From an uncultured Methanoregulaceae archaeon (GTDB taxonomy: Archaea; Halobacteriota; Methanomicrobia; Methanomicrobiales; Methanospirillaceae): DNA of 64,000 nt. The position numbers were made by a program, and so were the translations under genes. Below the pieces are notes generated by a model. The model worked only from the letters and a program-made list of their open reading frames with translations. It was not told the origin of the DNA and did no database searches. Each line of letters opens with the position of its first letter. The first letter of the stretch is position 1. The stretch is from NCBI GenBank assembly GCA_963701095.1, contig OY969564.1:448001-512000 (forward strand), read 5' to 3'. Shown piece by piece: positions 40,879 to 50,606 of this stretch.

Positions 40879-43800
40879 ATGACTTCGGTTTCCCACCATT
40901 TTCTATTCTTCGCAGGTATACTTTTGGGATGCATTATCCTCCCGGGTATATGCTCTGCAGGCACGGTTACGACAATTACGAATGTTCACCCTTATTTGTT
41001 GTTCACTAGCATTTCACAGACTCCTGGGTACCAATACCAGGCACAGAGTCCTTGGAATACATGGCAAAGTGAAATTCTTACCGCCTCAAATAGTTATCTA
41101 AGTTTAAATTTTTCAGGCAATCTTGGTTCATATAATAGGATATCTTATCGCGGAGGATATGCTTCATATCTTGGATTGTCTTACCAAATCACGAAAAATC
41201 CGAAATATGCTAAGAAAGGAGAAGAAGCTCTTCTCAACATGAGTGTCGGTTCAGTCGCAGAAACCGCTGATTATGGCCTTGCCCTTGAAAGTTATTCATT
41301 AGCTTATGACTGGATCCAACCTACTCTTGATGCCTCTTCTGATCTCAAAATTCGCGATAATTTGGCCACTCTTGCGGATAAAGTTTACCAAGCTACTAAC
41401 TCGAATGGCACACAGAAAAATTATATTGATTTCCCCGATTTAGGTGGACACCTTTACCCCGCATTAGGTATAGCGTCGGCAGCACTTTCTGATTACACCA
41501 ACCCAAATAATCTTCCGCTCCATTCTAGCCCGTCTGATTGGTATCATGCCGGTACAGATTACTTATTTGTTAATGATAAACTGCACTCTTTAGGTACGTC
41601 ATTATTTTCGCAAGAATTTGATCCTACTGGAACAGATCTATTAGCAGGATACAAAGATTATACTGTCAATGATTTGTCGGAGTGGTACCAGGTCTGCAAT
41701 TCGAGCTTTGGCATTAACCTCATGAGCACATATCCTGTTGCGGAAAAGGCTTATACATCAGAAACATGGGAATCGATGCCAAACGAATATAGTACTAATT
41801 TTGTAACATATGGAAATACTCTCTGGGACTATCAGATGGGAACGGTAAGTCTTATGTCCCCACAGGACAAGGCTACTGTTATCAATCATATCAATCTTGT
41901 GTCTAATGATGAGAAGAATTCGATTCTGCCAAAAAGCATGGACTTTAATCAAATAGACACTGATCTTCTTTACTGCGTCTTCGGGAATTATAATTCGGCC
42001 CCAACCACCTACCCAACTGCAACCAGCCATTTGGATCCAACTGGCGTTCTTCAGGTTATCCGGGCAAACTGGAGTAAAACCTCAGACTGGCTTTCTTTTA
42101 CTACATGGAACATCGCTGCGGATAGTAACAGGAACATGATGCACAATGACCAGCAGGGATTTGAATATTACAGCCGGGGCAACCTCCTCCTTGCTGATGC
42201 GGGTGAGCCCAAACATATTCTTGATACCAATTATGGTACAACAGAAGTTGATCACAATGTGATTGCTATTGATAACCCAAGAACCTCCTTCCCGCTTTCC
42301 TCTTGGTCAGACAGTACATCAGCCGGCCTGACAAAAGGTACTGCTAACAACCTGATTACTCCGGCAAGTATAGGATCAATGTTCCAATTACCATGGATGC
42401 AACTGATTCAGTCCAGCGTAACTGCGACTAAAGTGACCACCGGTGCACTAACATCGACCCAAACGCTTTCAAGCCCCATCAAATGGCAGAGAACCGTATT
42501 ATACCCTGAATCGGACTATTTCATTATTGTTGATCGGTTTCAGGGAACTGAAACATGGGGATACCGCAACATATTCCGGCCTTCGAGTCTCATGGTGACA
42601 CCAAGTACAGGAACGACCAATCCAAATGTCGGATACGACAACGTGAATTTGTCAGTTGGATCGACATCCTATAATTGGCAATCATTAGCTTATAAGAAAG
42701 AAATTAATACGGGAATTACCACAAACTCCCTTACATGGCAGACAACCAATCCTTACGGCAAAACCGTTCTAGCAAATCTTGTAACCTCCCCGAAGTCAAA
42801 TGTTCTGATTGAAAAGAACGATGGAAGGATTGGCGGGTATGACCAGTCATCGGAAGTCTACACACCAGTAGTATATTTTGAGCCGGCTAATGCTACATCA
42901 GTATTTCGGGTCACAGCACTATTAGCCAATTACCCGACAGAAACAGCGAAGACAGGGACTGAAATTGTCGTGAATGGAACAGGACATGCCCTAGACGTCC
43001 ATGCACCCACTTATGACGATTATATCTATACCGGGACCGGTGCGGCCAGTTTCGGAATGTTTGGGACCAATGCTGACACTGTCTATATCCGGTCTTCTGG
43101 GGCTGTCCTCACTGATTTCACCCTGTTGAACGGATCTTCTCTCACTTCATCCGGAAGTCCTGTGGTTTCAATTTCCAGTCCTGTTAATTATTTGACTGCA
43201 AAGCGTGCCGGAAATACCTTGACCTTCCAAATCGGTGGCCAAGGAAATAATGCAAATATTCTCTTCAACGGAATTTCAGCGACTAGTGTAACAAGAGATG
43301 GAATCTCGTACTCTGGCTGGACAAACCAAAATGGATCTTTATTGAATATATCAACGGATCTCGGCCTTCACCAGTTTGTTATAAATATTGGGAATGCATT
43401 GACCGTCAATCCGATTGGAACGGTGAATGCAACTGTTAGCACCCCCGTTTCTTTAGTAGTTAACGCGGCGTACAGTGGTAAGGGAACTCTAACTTATACA
43501 GCGACAAACTTACCGGTCAATGCTACCTTTAACGGAGGAACACGTACTTTTACATGGATCCCCTGCGCAAACCAGACCGGGGCCCATAACGTTACCTTTA
43601 CTGTTTCTGACGGCTCCCTTTCTGCAAGCGCCGTCGCGAACATCATCGTTGGTGCCCCAACAGTCGCCCAGACCCCACCTGCTGCAGGATCCGTCTCTAT
43701 GAAATCGGTTTATGATGGGGATTTGTGGAGTTATGAAGGAACTGCAAATTCCACATTCAGCACCCTTATCTCAGGAACCGCCGCCCATATTGATCATACT

Positions 43801-44289
43801 ACCTATGCGAACACGGTTCTCAAGTCCGTGGCCTCCTCGACAAATGGGACATTTTATTCCCTTGGCGCAACGGTCTGGACATTCGATACTTCCAGCGTAC
43901 CAAAAGGTTCGACCATCACGAGTGCAACCCTGTCCCTTTTCCTGATTCAAAAGGGATCCGGTCTTGGCCAAACTAATTACGTAATTGTACCTTTCTCCCC
44001 GGCAAATTCAAGGAATTATAGTACTAGTGACTGGCAGAAATTCGGAACCAGTACGCTTGGAAGCATCTCAACATCGTCGTGGGTTCAGGGAAATTATTAT
44101 AATATCAGCTTATCTCCTTCAGCTATCAATGTGAACGGGGGAGACACAACACTTGCAGGATTACTCTCTTGGCACCAGATGAAATCCTTTTCAGGGACCT
44201 GGGTTCCAGGAGGAATGACGTGGTATGAAACAAATACGAGCGTTGCAGCTGCAAATCAGCCCGTTCTATACGTATACTATATCCAATAA
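40879..44289 (+). CDS. Secreted heparinase II/III-like polysaccharide lyase with Ig-like (He_PIG) and DNRLRE/CBM96-like C-terminal domains
   Basis: Signal peptide; helical N-terminal region (YSLAYDWI); HNDQQGFEYYSRGNLLLADAG...DHN; LTYTATNLP...FTW.P...NVTFTVSDG; FDTSSVPKGSTITSATLSL. Confidence 0.72.
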   Translation: MTSVSHHFLFFAGILLGCIILPGICSAGTVTTITNVHPYLLFTSISQTPGYQYQAQSPWNTWQSEILTASNSYLSLNFSGNLGSYNRISYRGGYASYLGLSYQITKNPKYAKKGEEALLNMSVGSVAETADYGLALESYSLAYDWIQPTLDASSDLKIRDNLATLADKVYQATNSNGTQKNYIDFPDLGGHLYPALGIASAALSDYTNPNNLPLHSSPSDWYHAGTDYLFVNDKLHSLGTSLFSQEFDPTGTDLLAGYKDYTVNDLSEWYQVCNSSFGINLMSTYPVAEKAYTSETWESMPNEYSTNFVTYGNTLWDYQMGTVSLMSPQDKATVINHINLVSNDEKNSILPKSMDFNQIDTDLLYCVFGNYNSAPTTYPTATSHLDPTGVLQVIRANWSKTSDWLSFTTWNIAADSNRNMMHNDQQGFEYYSRGNLLLADAGEPKHILDTNYGTTEVDHNVIAIDNPRTSFPLSSWSDSTSAGLTKGTANNLITPASIGSMFQLPWMQLIQSSVTATKVTTGALTSTQTLSSPIKWQRTVLYPESDYFIIVDRFQGTETWGYRNIFRPSSLMVTPSTGTTNPNVGYDNVNLSVGSTSYNWQSLAYKKEINTGITTNSLTWQTTNPYGKTVLANLVTSPKSNVLIEKNDGRIGGYDQSSEVYTPVVYFEPANATSVFRVTALLANYPTETAKTGTEIVVNGTGHALDVHAPTYDDYIYTGTGAASFGMFGTNADTVYIRSSGAVLTDFTLLNGSSLTSSGSPVVSISSPVNYLTAKRAGNTLTFQIGGQGNNANILFNGISATSVTRDGISYSGWTNQNGSLLNISTDLGLHQFVINIGNALTVNPIGTVNATVSTPVSLVVNAAYSGKGTLTYTATNLPVNATFNGGTRTFTWIPCANQTGAHNVTFTVSDGSLSASAVANIIVGAPTVAQTPPAAGSVSMKSVYDGDLWSYEGTANSTFSTLISGTAAHIDHTTYANTVLKSVASSTNGTFYSLGATVWTFDTSSVPKGSTITSATLSLFLIQKGSGLGQTNYVIVPFSPANSRNYSTSDWQKFGTSTLGSISTSSWVQGNYYNISLSPSAINVNGGDTTLAGLLSWHQMKSFSGTWVPGGMTWYETNTSVAAANQPVLYVYYIQ

Positions 44290-44416
44290 TTTTTTTTAAA
44301 CATCATCATTTGGATATTTAGAAATCTTTTCTTTAGTGATCATCGATATTTTATTATTTAAAGAAAATTTTGCCAACGTAAGTAATATATCGTAATAGCC
44401 ATAGTATTGTTGGACT

Positions 44417-45457
44417 ATGGTTCTGACTTTAAAAATTCTCGACATTTCGAAAGAAAAAGATTGGGATGAATTAGTCAGTTCCTCTAAACATGGTACTATT
44501 TTTCACTTGATTTCATGGTTAAGGATTGCAGCAGAACAATCAGGGACAGAATTAATGCCATGTATGTTCTACAAAGGAACACAGCTTGTCGCAATATATC
44601 CGATATTTATTCAGAAACATGGATTAGCTCGGGTGGCTTTGTCACCTCCTCCACGATCCTATATGATATATCTGGGGCCGGTAATTTCAGATTATGATTC
44701 CTTAAAGCAGGATAAAAAAGAAAGATTATATTTTCAGATTCAACAGGAAATGGATAAGTTCATATTTAATATTAAAAAATGCAAATACGCAAGAATTCAA
44801 TCCTCTCCGGGAATTCTTGACTCCAGGCCTTTAAACTGGTTGGATTACGATATCGAGCCATATTATACCTACCGCATCGATTTGTCCGGAGGCGTAGATC
44901 GGGTCTGGAATAAGTTCAACAGAAAACTCCGGGTTGAAATTAACAAAGCTGTCCGAGACGGAGTCACTGTCCGAAATGGCGGCAGTGATGACCTTATATA
45001 TATTCATGATGCCCTCTCTACTAGATATCAGCAGCAAGGACTTAAATCCATTAATTACAAAAATTATTTACAATCTCTTTATAAGGAATTTCAGAAGAAT
45101 ATGAAAATATTTGTGGCGGAGTACCAGGGCCAACGAGTTGGGGGAACCATCAATCTTTTTTTCAAAGATGTCATGTATCTCTGGGTAGGGATTCCGAAGA
45201 GTGATCTTGTCGGGATCTCTCCTAACGCAGTGATTCAGTGGGAAGCAATTAAATGGGCACATGCGAATGGGATCGGGATCTATGAAGAAATGGATGCAGG
45301 TCATGATCCTCGTTTACGATATTTTAAATCAAAATTCAATCCAGATTTGGAGATCTGGTATTCTGCGACCAAATATTCGTCATTTAGCTACAGGATCGGA
45401 AAAGAATTATTCGATCTTGCACGAAAAATTAATTTCCAAAAAATTCGATCGAGGTAA
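44417..45457 (+). CDS. FemAB-like GNAT family protein (paralog 4)
   Basis: WDELVSSSKHGTIFHLISWL, SPPP..YLGP, SPNAVIQWEAIKW, FKSKFNP. Confidence 0.85.
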   Translation: MVLTLKILDISKEKDWDELVSSSKHGTIFHLISWLRIAAEQSGTELMPCMFYKGTQLVAIYPIFIQKHGLARVALSPPPRSYMIYLGPVISDYDSLKQDKKERLYFQIQQEMDKFIFNIKKCKYARIQSSPGILDSRPLNWLDYDIEPYYTYRIDLSGGVDRVWNKFNRKLRVEINKAVRDGVTVRNGGSDDLIYIHDALSTRYQQQGLKSINYKNYLQSLYKEFQKNMKIFVAEYQGQRVGGTINLFFKDVMYLWVGIPKSDLVGISPNAVIQWEAIKWAHANGIGIYEEMDAGHDPRLRYFKSKFNPDLEIWYSATKYSSFSYRIGKELFDLARKINFQKIRSR

Positions 45458-45472
45458 CCACAATAAGATACC

Positions 45473-46468
45473 ATGTCGTTAATAAAATTTATTAAAAAAA
45501 TGATATTTGCCGGTTTTTCTTATCTTCCGGGTACGATAAAAATCATCTCTTATAGGGCATTAGGTGCAAATATTGGAAAAAATGTTGAATTGGGCATGGG
45601 ATCGATAATTAAGCCGTTTGACGGCGATTTTAAAAAAATCCAAATATCCGACGGTGTCATTATTGGGGATGATGTAAAAATTCTCGCAAAATACCTTATC
45701 CTTGGTGAAGGTTCACAGATTAAGGCTTCGACACGCATCTGGGGACAATCATCATTTTCTCTGGGTCCTTTGGGTTATATCGATAGGGAATGTCATTTTG
45801 ATTTACGGAAGGATATCACGCTCGGAAAAGAAACAACAATTAGCGGGGGAAGCTGGTTCTACACTCACATGGTATTTCTTTCTGTTCTTGATGGGGCTCC
45901 GTTCACATTATCTTCAATAAGAGTTGGTGACCGGACATATCTGGGTGCAAATGCGTTTGTTCTACCCGGAGTTACTATTGGTCATGATGCGGTGGTGGGT
46001 GCGCGATCCGTAGTTACACGGGATGTCGAATCAAATGCGGTTGTAGTGGGTAACCCGGCACGTCAGATCGGAAAGACTCCAGAACGATTCAAAAAATTAG
46101 TATTTGCTGATAAGGAACTTTTAGTAAAAGAGATCCTTGATCAGTTCATTGAAGTGTATGATAAAAATACAAAGGTGGTTGGGGACGCAACTAATAAGAG
46201 TTACCGTTTCGTGCATGGTAATCATTTCATCTATTATCAATCTCTCATCACCGATCTAACGATGATAGAAGATTTTGTTAAACGAGACCAGCCGCCTAAT
46301 GTAATAATATCTTTCGGGATTTCCGATAAAATTAAAGAATATTGCCTGCGGCACAAAATTGAATGGATTGATCTGGAATCAGGGAAGCATTCCAAAAAAA
46401 TCTCTGCTGCAGGTCTGACTATTGAGAACTTCTTTAGTAATTATGGTATCAGATTTCAACCTGAATAA
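45473..46468 (+). CDS. Hexapeptide-repeat (LbH) acyltransferase with C-terminal extension
   Basis: VGDRTYLGANAFVLPGVTIGHDAVVGARSVVTRDV..NAVVVGNPAR. Confidence 0.88.
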   Translation: MSLIKFIKKMIFAGFSYLPGTIKIISYRALGANIGKNVELGMGSIIKPFDGDFKKIQISDGVIIGDDVKILAKYLILGEGSQIKASTRIWGQSSFSLGPLGYIDRECHFDLRKDITLGKETTISGGSWFYTHMVFLSVLDGAPFTLSSIRVGDRTYLGANAFVLPGVTIGHDAVVGARSVVTRDVESNAVVVGNPARQIGKTPERFKKLVFADKELLVKEILDQFIEVYDKNTKVVGDATNKSYRFVHGNHFIYYQSLITDLTMIEDFVKRDQPPNVIISFGISDKIKEYCLRHKIEWIDLESGKHSKKISAAGLTIENFFSNYGIRFQPE

Positions 46469-46534
46469 TATCTAAAACCGACGCAACTGGTACTGCAATC
46501 TGCGCCGGAAAGAAATCCAAGACTTGTATATATT

Positions 46535-49500
46535 TTAAAGACTTCTTATTTCGTCAATGATCCCAAATAAACGTCCTTTTACATCCAGGTTTGATTGGTA
46601 GGTTTCAAACCCCGGGCATTGGATTTTTATTGTATGTATACCGCGGTTTAAATTTACGTCCACTTCGCCTTGCGCGTTAGCGAGGTAATATTTTGTATCG
46701 ATAATAACTTCGGCATTTCTCAAAGGTTCTCCTGCTTCGTCTTGTAATTTGATATTAAGGAGCCCCTCAGTCATATGTTTAGGCAGATTTACAATGATTT
46801 TTCCTCTGGGTTCCATTGGTTGGACGAGAATTTCTTGTGTTTGATATGCGGGAATGTCTGTACTGATATCAAGGATAACATTTCCGTTATCCTGTGTCAT
46901 TCTTACAATTTTTCCTTTGCTGACATAATATTCTCCGGATTCCAATGTCGGCAATATTACTTGGAAGGCAACTTGTGTTGCACTCTTGTTGTTTTTATTA
47001 GTCATATTAATCATAGCCACATCATTTAGCACAGTCCCATTATACTGAATGTTTTGGATCTCTTTGTAATGCTCCGCTATGACATCTGGCGTCGTAAACG
47101 TCAGACCATTATTATTAGCATACGAGATTAGTGATTGGATATAATCGGTATATGCCGGATTGCCAATATCACCAGATCGAATGATAAACAGAGCCATTTC
47201 ATTCATAGCTACAGATTCATCTATGGTCGCTTTCCAGGCGGAAAGGGTTGTAAATGGATCTATCTGGCTTGAAAGTTCGGAACTCGTCGGAGCAGATACA
47301 GGAAGCAAAGCGATATTTGTGGGACTATTATGATACATCGCTAACTCCGGGTCTCTTATTTGCTGCCCTATTATTCCATAATATGGTGGAGATACATATG
47401 TTGGAAGCATGAGGGAGAAATGGTCGTCTGATATTATTTTAAGCGTATCAAGATTATACTCTAGCATGCTTGGCATGTAGCCGATGAGCGGGATATGGCT
47501 TTCGCTTGCAGCGCTTATCACCGCTTCTATATCACTTGCCTGAGTACTATAATTGTTAAACGTATTCGCTACACCAGTTGAGCTTGAACCGATTATTTTA
47601 ATTCCTCTACTATTTATTGAGCTCAAATCCACAGTTCCGATTTTTGTCGTGTTCTGAATTGTGACATTCCCTCCCTCCGATATTGATGAATTTTGGGACA
47701 TGATTATATTCTGCTGAGGAAGCACACCTTCAGTATAAGGGACACTATCGTTAAGGAGGATGTTGTAGCCCTCATTTACATAATCAGAAGAACCGAGATC
47801 CGAGGTTGGAGTGCGATACCCCACAAGCATTATCGGGACTATGCCATCAGGATAGTCCAAAAGGCTGATCCCATCCTGTGAATGGATATTGTTTTCAGCA
47901 GTTATTTGATCTCCCGGTGAAAGGAATTGGGTGATATGCAATGTTGCTCCCGGCTCGAGAGAATCGGTCTGGGAAAAACTGACACTGCTCATATTGTAAA
48001 TGGTGGATCCTCTGTATGTTAACACATTAGGACTTGGGGCAGTAGGTTCGTTTTTAAGACAGATTCCACTATCCCTATCATAAATGTACAATTCATCAAA
48101 ATTATTATTCAATTTCACATTGTCTTGTGACGGGTAGATATGTCTTGTCACAGCAGTCTGATTACCTGTAATAATAAAATCATTCAGAGGTACAAAAAGA
48201 TCCGTTGAGACTTCGGTATTCATCTGTGAAGGCGCCGTTGATGTCACCCAATCGTTAGATATCAGAAATTCCCGTTTGATTGATGTCGGATAAAATGTAT
48301 ACTGTATAACTAATGATGCTTCGTTATTGCCATTTGGATCTTTGAGAATTGTCTGATAACGAAGTTGATTGTTATTCATCTGAGGGACTATAGATATATT
48401 GTTCAGCATAAAAGCATCAACAGTACTATTTTGTTCTGAGGTCTCATTTAAGGGAGTAAATGGGTTGACATATCCCTTCCTGAGCCCTGAGATCTGAATA
48501 CTATCAAGGAAAAATCCTTCGCCAAGAGAATTATCCGTGGGAGTCCCGAATTGTTCGATAACCGGATAATTTCCGTTTAATACAATTTTATAGGCGTCCG
48601 TTTGGACTTGGATAGAAGTTGTTGTCTTCTCAACGGTGATATTTCCTGCAAGAACTTTTTTCTCACTAGGTATTTCTGAAGAAATGATATCATAAATACC
48701 ATAATCTTTGCTTGAATAGATTTTATTCAGCGCTGTATCATTATCAATTTCAAGCATCGACCCTGTTTCACCAAGATTTGCAACAATCTTATCCGATATC
48801 ATGATATATTTTAAATTAAACAGCTGTTGCAGATCTCCGGCAGGAATTGTATCAGGGTCGAGAAGGGTACTTCTCAAAAGACCCAAGAATGTTCTTGTCT
48901 CATAACCATTCTGTAGTCCATACGTTACGTCAGTCATATTTGTGTAAATTGGAACCTGTCGTAACCCATACCCGACAACTACGTCAGACGGATTGCCTTG
49001 CTGACTAAGCCATTGCATACCATTAACAACATAATCTTCACCGGCAACTTGAGGCAGATAATAGCTTGTTGCAAGTGAAGCTGTAAGAATCACGGTAAGC
49101 AAAACAACTAACCAAACAATGAATGTTGCTTTTTTATTCTGCGGATTTCTGGTTTCCAGATAGGAAATAACCTGCCAAAAGCCGAGCGCAGAGGTAATCG
49201 GAATTATTATAACCAGAAAACTGATCTCTCTAAGTGCTCCTGTTGATATAGCGTTAAGAAAGAGTATATCCGGCAAGACTGCCACAATTAACACTGTCAG
49301 AAGGGTGCACTGTCCTTTGCTATCCAACCGGAAAAGACCTATAAATGAAAAAACGATCTGGAGGGGACCCGACCATAATGGTGTCGCAGCTACAGAATGT
49401 GAGATATTACTGATGGGAAGTGTAAGCGGAAACTGGTTTTTGGAATGCTTGACCGACTCTGCCACCTTTCTGTGGATATAAAGGAAAATTTTTCCAAGAA

Positions 49501-50446
49501 CAAAAATGAATGCACCAAGAATAATCGCATACACAAGCTCTTGGTTGAGAATAACATTCTGGTAGAATACGTTCCCTAATTGCAATGGTAAATCGAAATT
49601 GAATTTATCAGCAAGATAGTTACCGGGTGATAAGAACAACGTCGATTTTTCCGTGTACTGATTCTGGATCTGGGGGAACCATGTAAGTGACAATATATAG
49701 ATGACAAATGTACTGATAATGACAAGATACATCGGTAACGATGACTTTCCCCAGATCAGGCAGTACAAAAGATAGAATATTATTGAAAATGAAACCAGAA
49801 AAATAAATGTTCCTGTATGACTAATAATAATGACAAAACTTGATAACCATATTATCGGAAGCAATTTCCACTGGAATGGTTCCTTAATTGCTATATAAAT
49901 CAGAATAAACAAGAAGGGAAGAATAAAAATTGAAGGTCGGTATGAAAGAAGAAGAAGCGTTACATTGGGCATCGAGATAAGAAAAAGGAGAGCAAAAATT
50001 TTTTGATCTTTTATCTCTAGGAACGCATCTGAGTATATATAAAAAGATCCAATGATAATCAATAAAAAAATAATGTTCAATATGAATACGCCGCTTGTAA
50101 CAGATAATCCTGTAATTTTTGCAATAATACTCCCAAAAAGCCATAAACCGAAAGGATAATTATACTGATTGTCTCCACTTGATGGATCTGTCACAAAATT
50201 TCCCATTTTCTCATAAAAATCTGAAATTCCTGACGATATTGCCATCTGTTGGGTCTGAAACAGATGTGTATAATCGTCAGTTCCGAAAAAACGTCCATAA
50301 TGAAGAACTGGTATAATGAATGAGATAAGAAGAACTGCCACTAAGAACAATGTGAGCAAGAAAACAGGATCTAATGCTTCATTTTGACCAGCTGATCGTA
50401 GCGCTTTAAACGAGAATTTATCCTTCAACCATTTTCCTGGCTTCAT
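46535..50446 (-). CDS. Large multi-TM GT-C-like membrane glycosyltransferase fused to extracellular domains
   Basis: FFGTDDYTH after TM1, YPFG, about 13 TM segments, NGMQWL...YIMISD...IYSSKDYGIYDI; later a degenerate NodB-like segment and a carboxypeptidase-regulatory-like beta tail. Confidence 0.6.
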   Translation of the reverse strand: MKPGKWLKDKFSFKALRSAGQNEALDPVFLLTLFLVAVLLISFIIPVLHYGRFFGTDDYTHLFQTQQMAISSGISDFYEKMGNFVTDPSSGDNQYNYPFGLWLFGSIIAKITGLSVTSGVFILNIIFLLIIIGSFYIYSDAFLEIKDQKIFALLFLISMPNVTLLLLSYRPSIFILPFLFILIYIAIKEPFQWKLLPIIWLSSFVIIISHTGTFIFLVSFSIIFYLLYCLIWGKSSLPMYLVIISTFVIYILSLTWFPQIQNQYTEKSTLFLSPGNYLADKFNFDLPLQLGNVFYQNVILNQELVYAIILGAFIFVLGKIFLYIHRKVAESVKHSKNQFPLTLPISNISHSVAATPLWSGPLQIVFSFIGLFRLDSKGQCTLLTVLIVAVLPDILFLNAISTGALREISFLVIIIPITSALGFWQVISYLETRNPQNKKATFIVWLVVLLTVILTASLATSYYLPQVAGEDYVVNGMQWLSQQGNPSDVVVGYGLRQVPIYTNMTDVTYGLQNGYETRTFLGLLRSTLLDPDTIPAGDLQQLFNLKYIMISDKIVANLGETGSMLEIDNDTALNKIYSSKDYGIYDIISSEIPSEKKVLAGNITVEKTTTSIQVQTDAYKIVLNGNYPVIEQFGTPTDNSLGEGFFLDSIQISGLRKGYVNPFTPLNETSEQNSTVDAFMLNNISIVPQMNNNQLRYQTILKDPNGNNEASLVIQYTFYPTSIKREFLISNDWVTSTAPSQMNTEVSTDLFVPLNDFIITGNQTAVTRHIYPSQDNVKLNNNFDELYIYDRDSGICLKNEPTAPSPNVLTYRGSTIYNMSSVSFSQTDSLEPGATLHITQFLSPGDQITAENNIHSQDGISLLDYPDGIVPIMLVGYRTPTSDLGSSDYVNEGYNILLNDSVPYTEGVLPQQNIIMSQNSSISEGGNVTIQNTTKIGTVDLSSINSRGIKIIGSSSTGVANTFNNYSTQASDIEAVISAASESHIPLIGYMPSMLEYNLDTLKIISDDHFSLMLPTYVSPPYYGIIGQQIRDPELAMYHNSPTNIALLPVSAPTSSELSSQIDPFTTLSAWKATIDESVAMNEMALFIIRSGDIGNPAYTDYIQSLISYANNNGLTFTTPDVIAEHYKEIQNIQYNGTVLNDVAMINMTNKNNKSATQVAFQVILPTLESGEYYVSKGKIVRMTQDNGNVILDISTDIPAYQTQEILVQPMEPRGKIIVNLPKHMTEGLLNIKLQDEAGEPLRNAEVIIDTKYYLANAQGEVDVNLNRGIHTIKIQCPGFETYQSNLDVKGRLFGIIDEIRSL

Positions 50447-50606
50447 TCACTCACTCAAATATTATTAATTTAATTTTCGGGAAATTAACTCCTATTATCG
50501 CATTTATTTAATAATCGAATTTTGCGAGCACGAAATATATTCGATTTTCAGTTTGTTTGTAGACAAGCATATATATTTTTGATCATAGTTACACAAATGT
50601 TGTTTT

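Noticed and set aside
46535..50446. Canonical oligosaccharyltransferase AglB
   Set aside because: No WWDYG motif, and the C-terminal architecture differs; kept only as GT-C-like.
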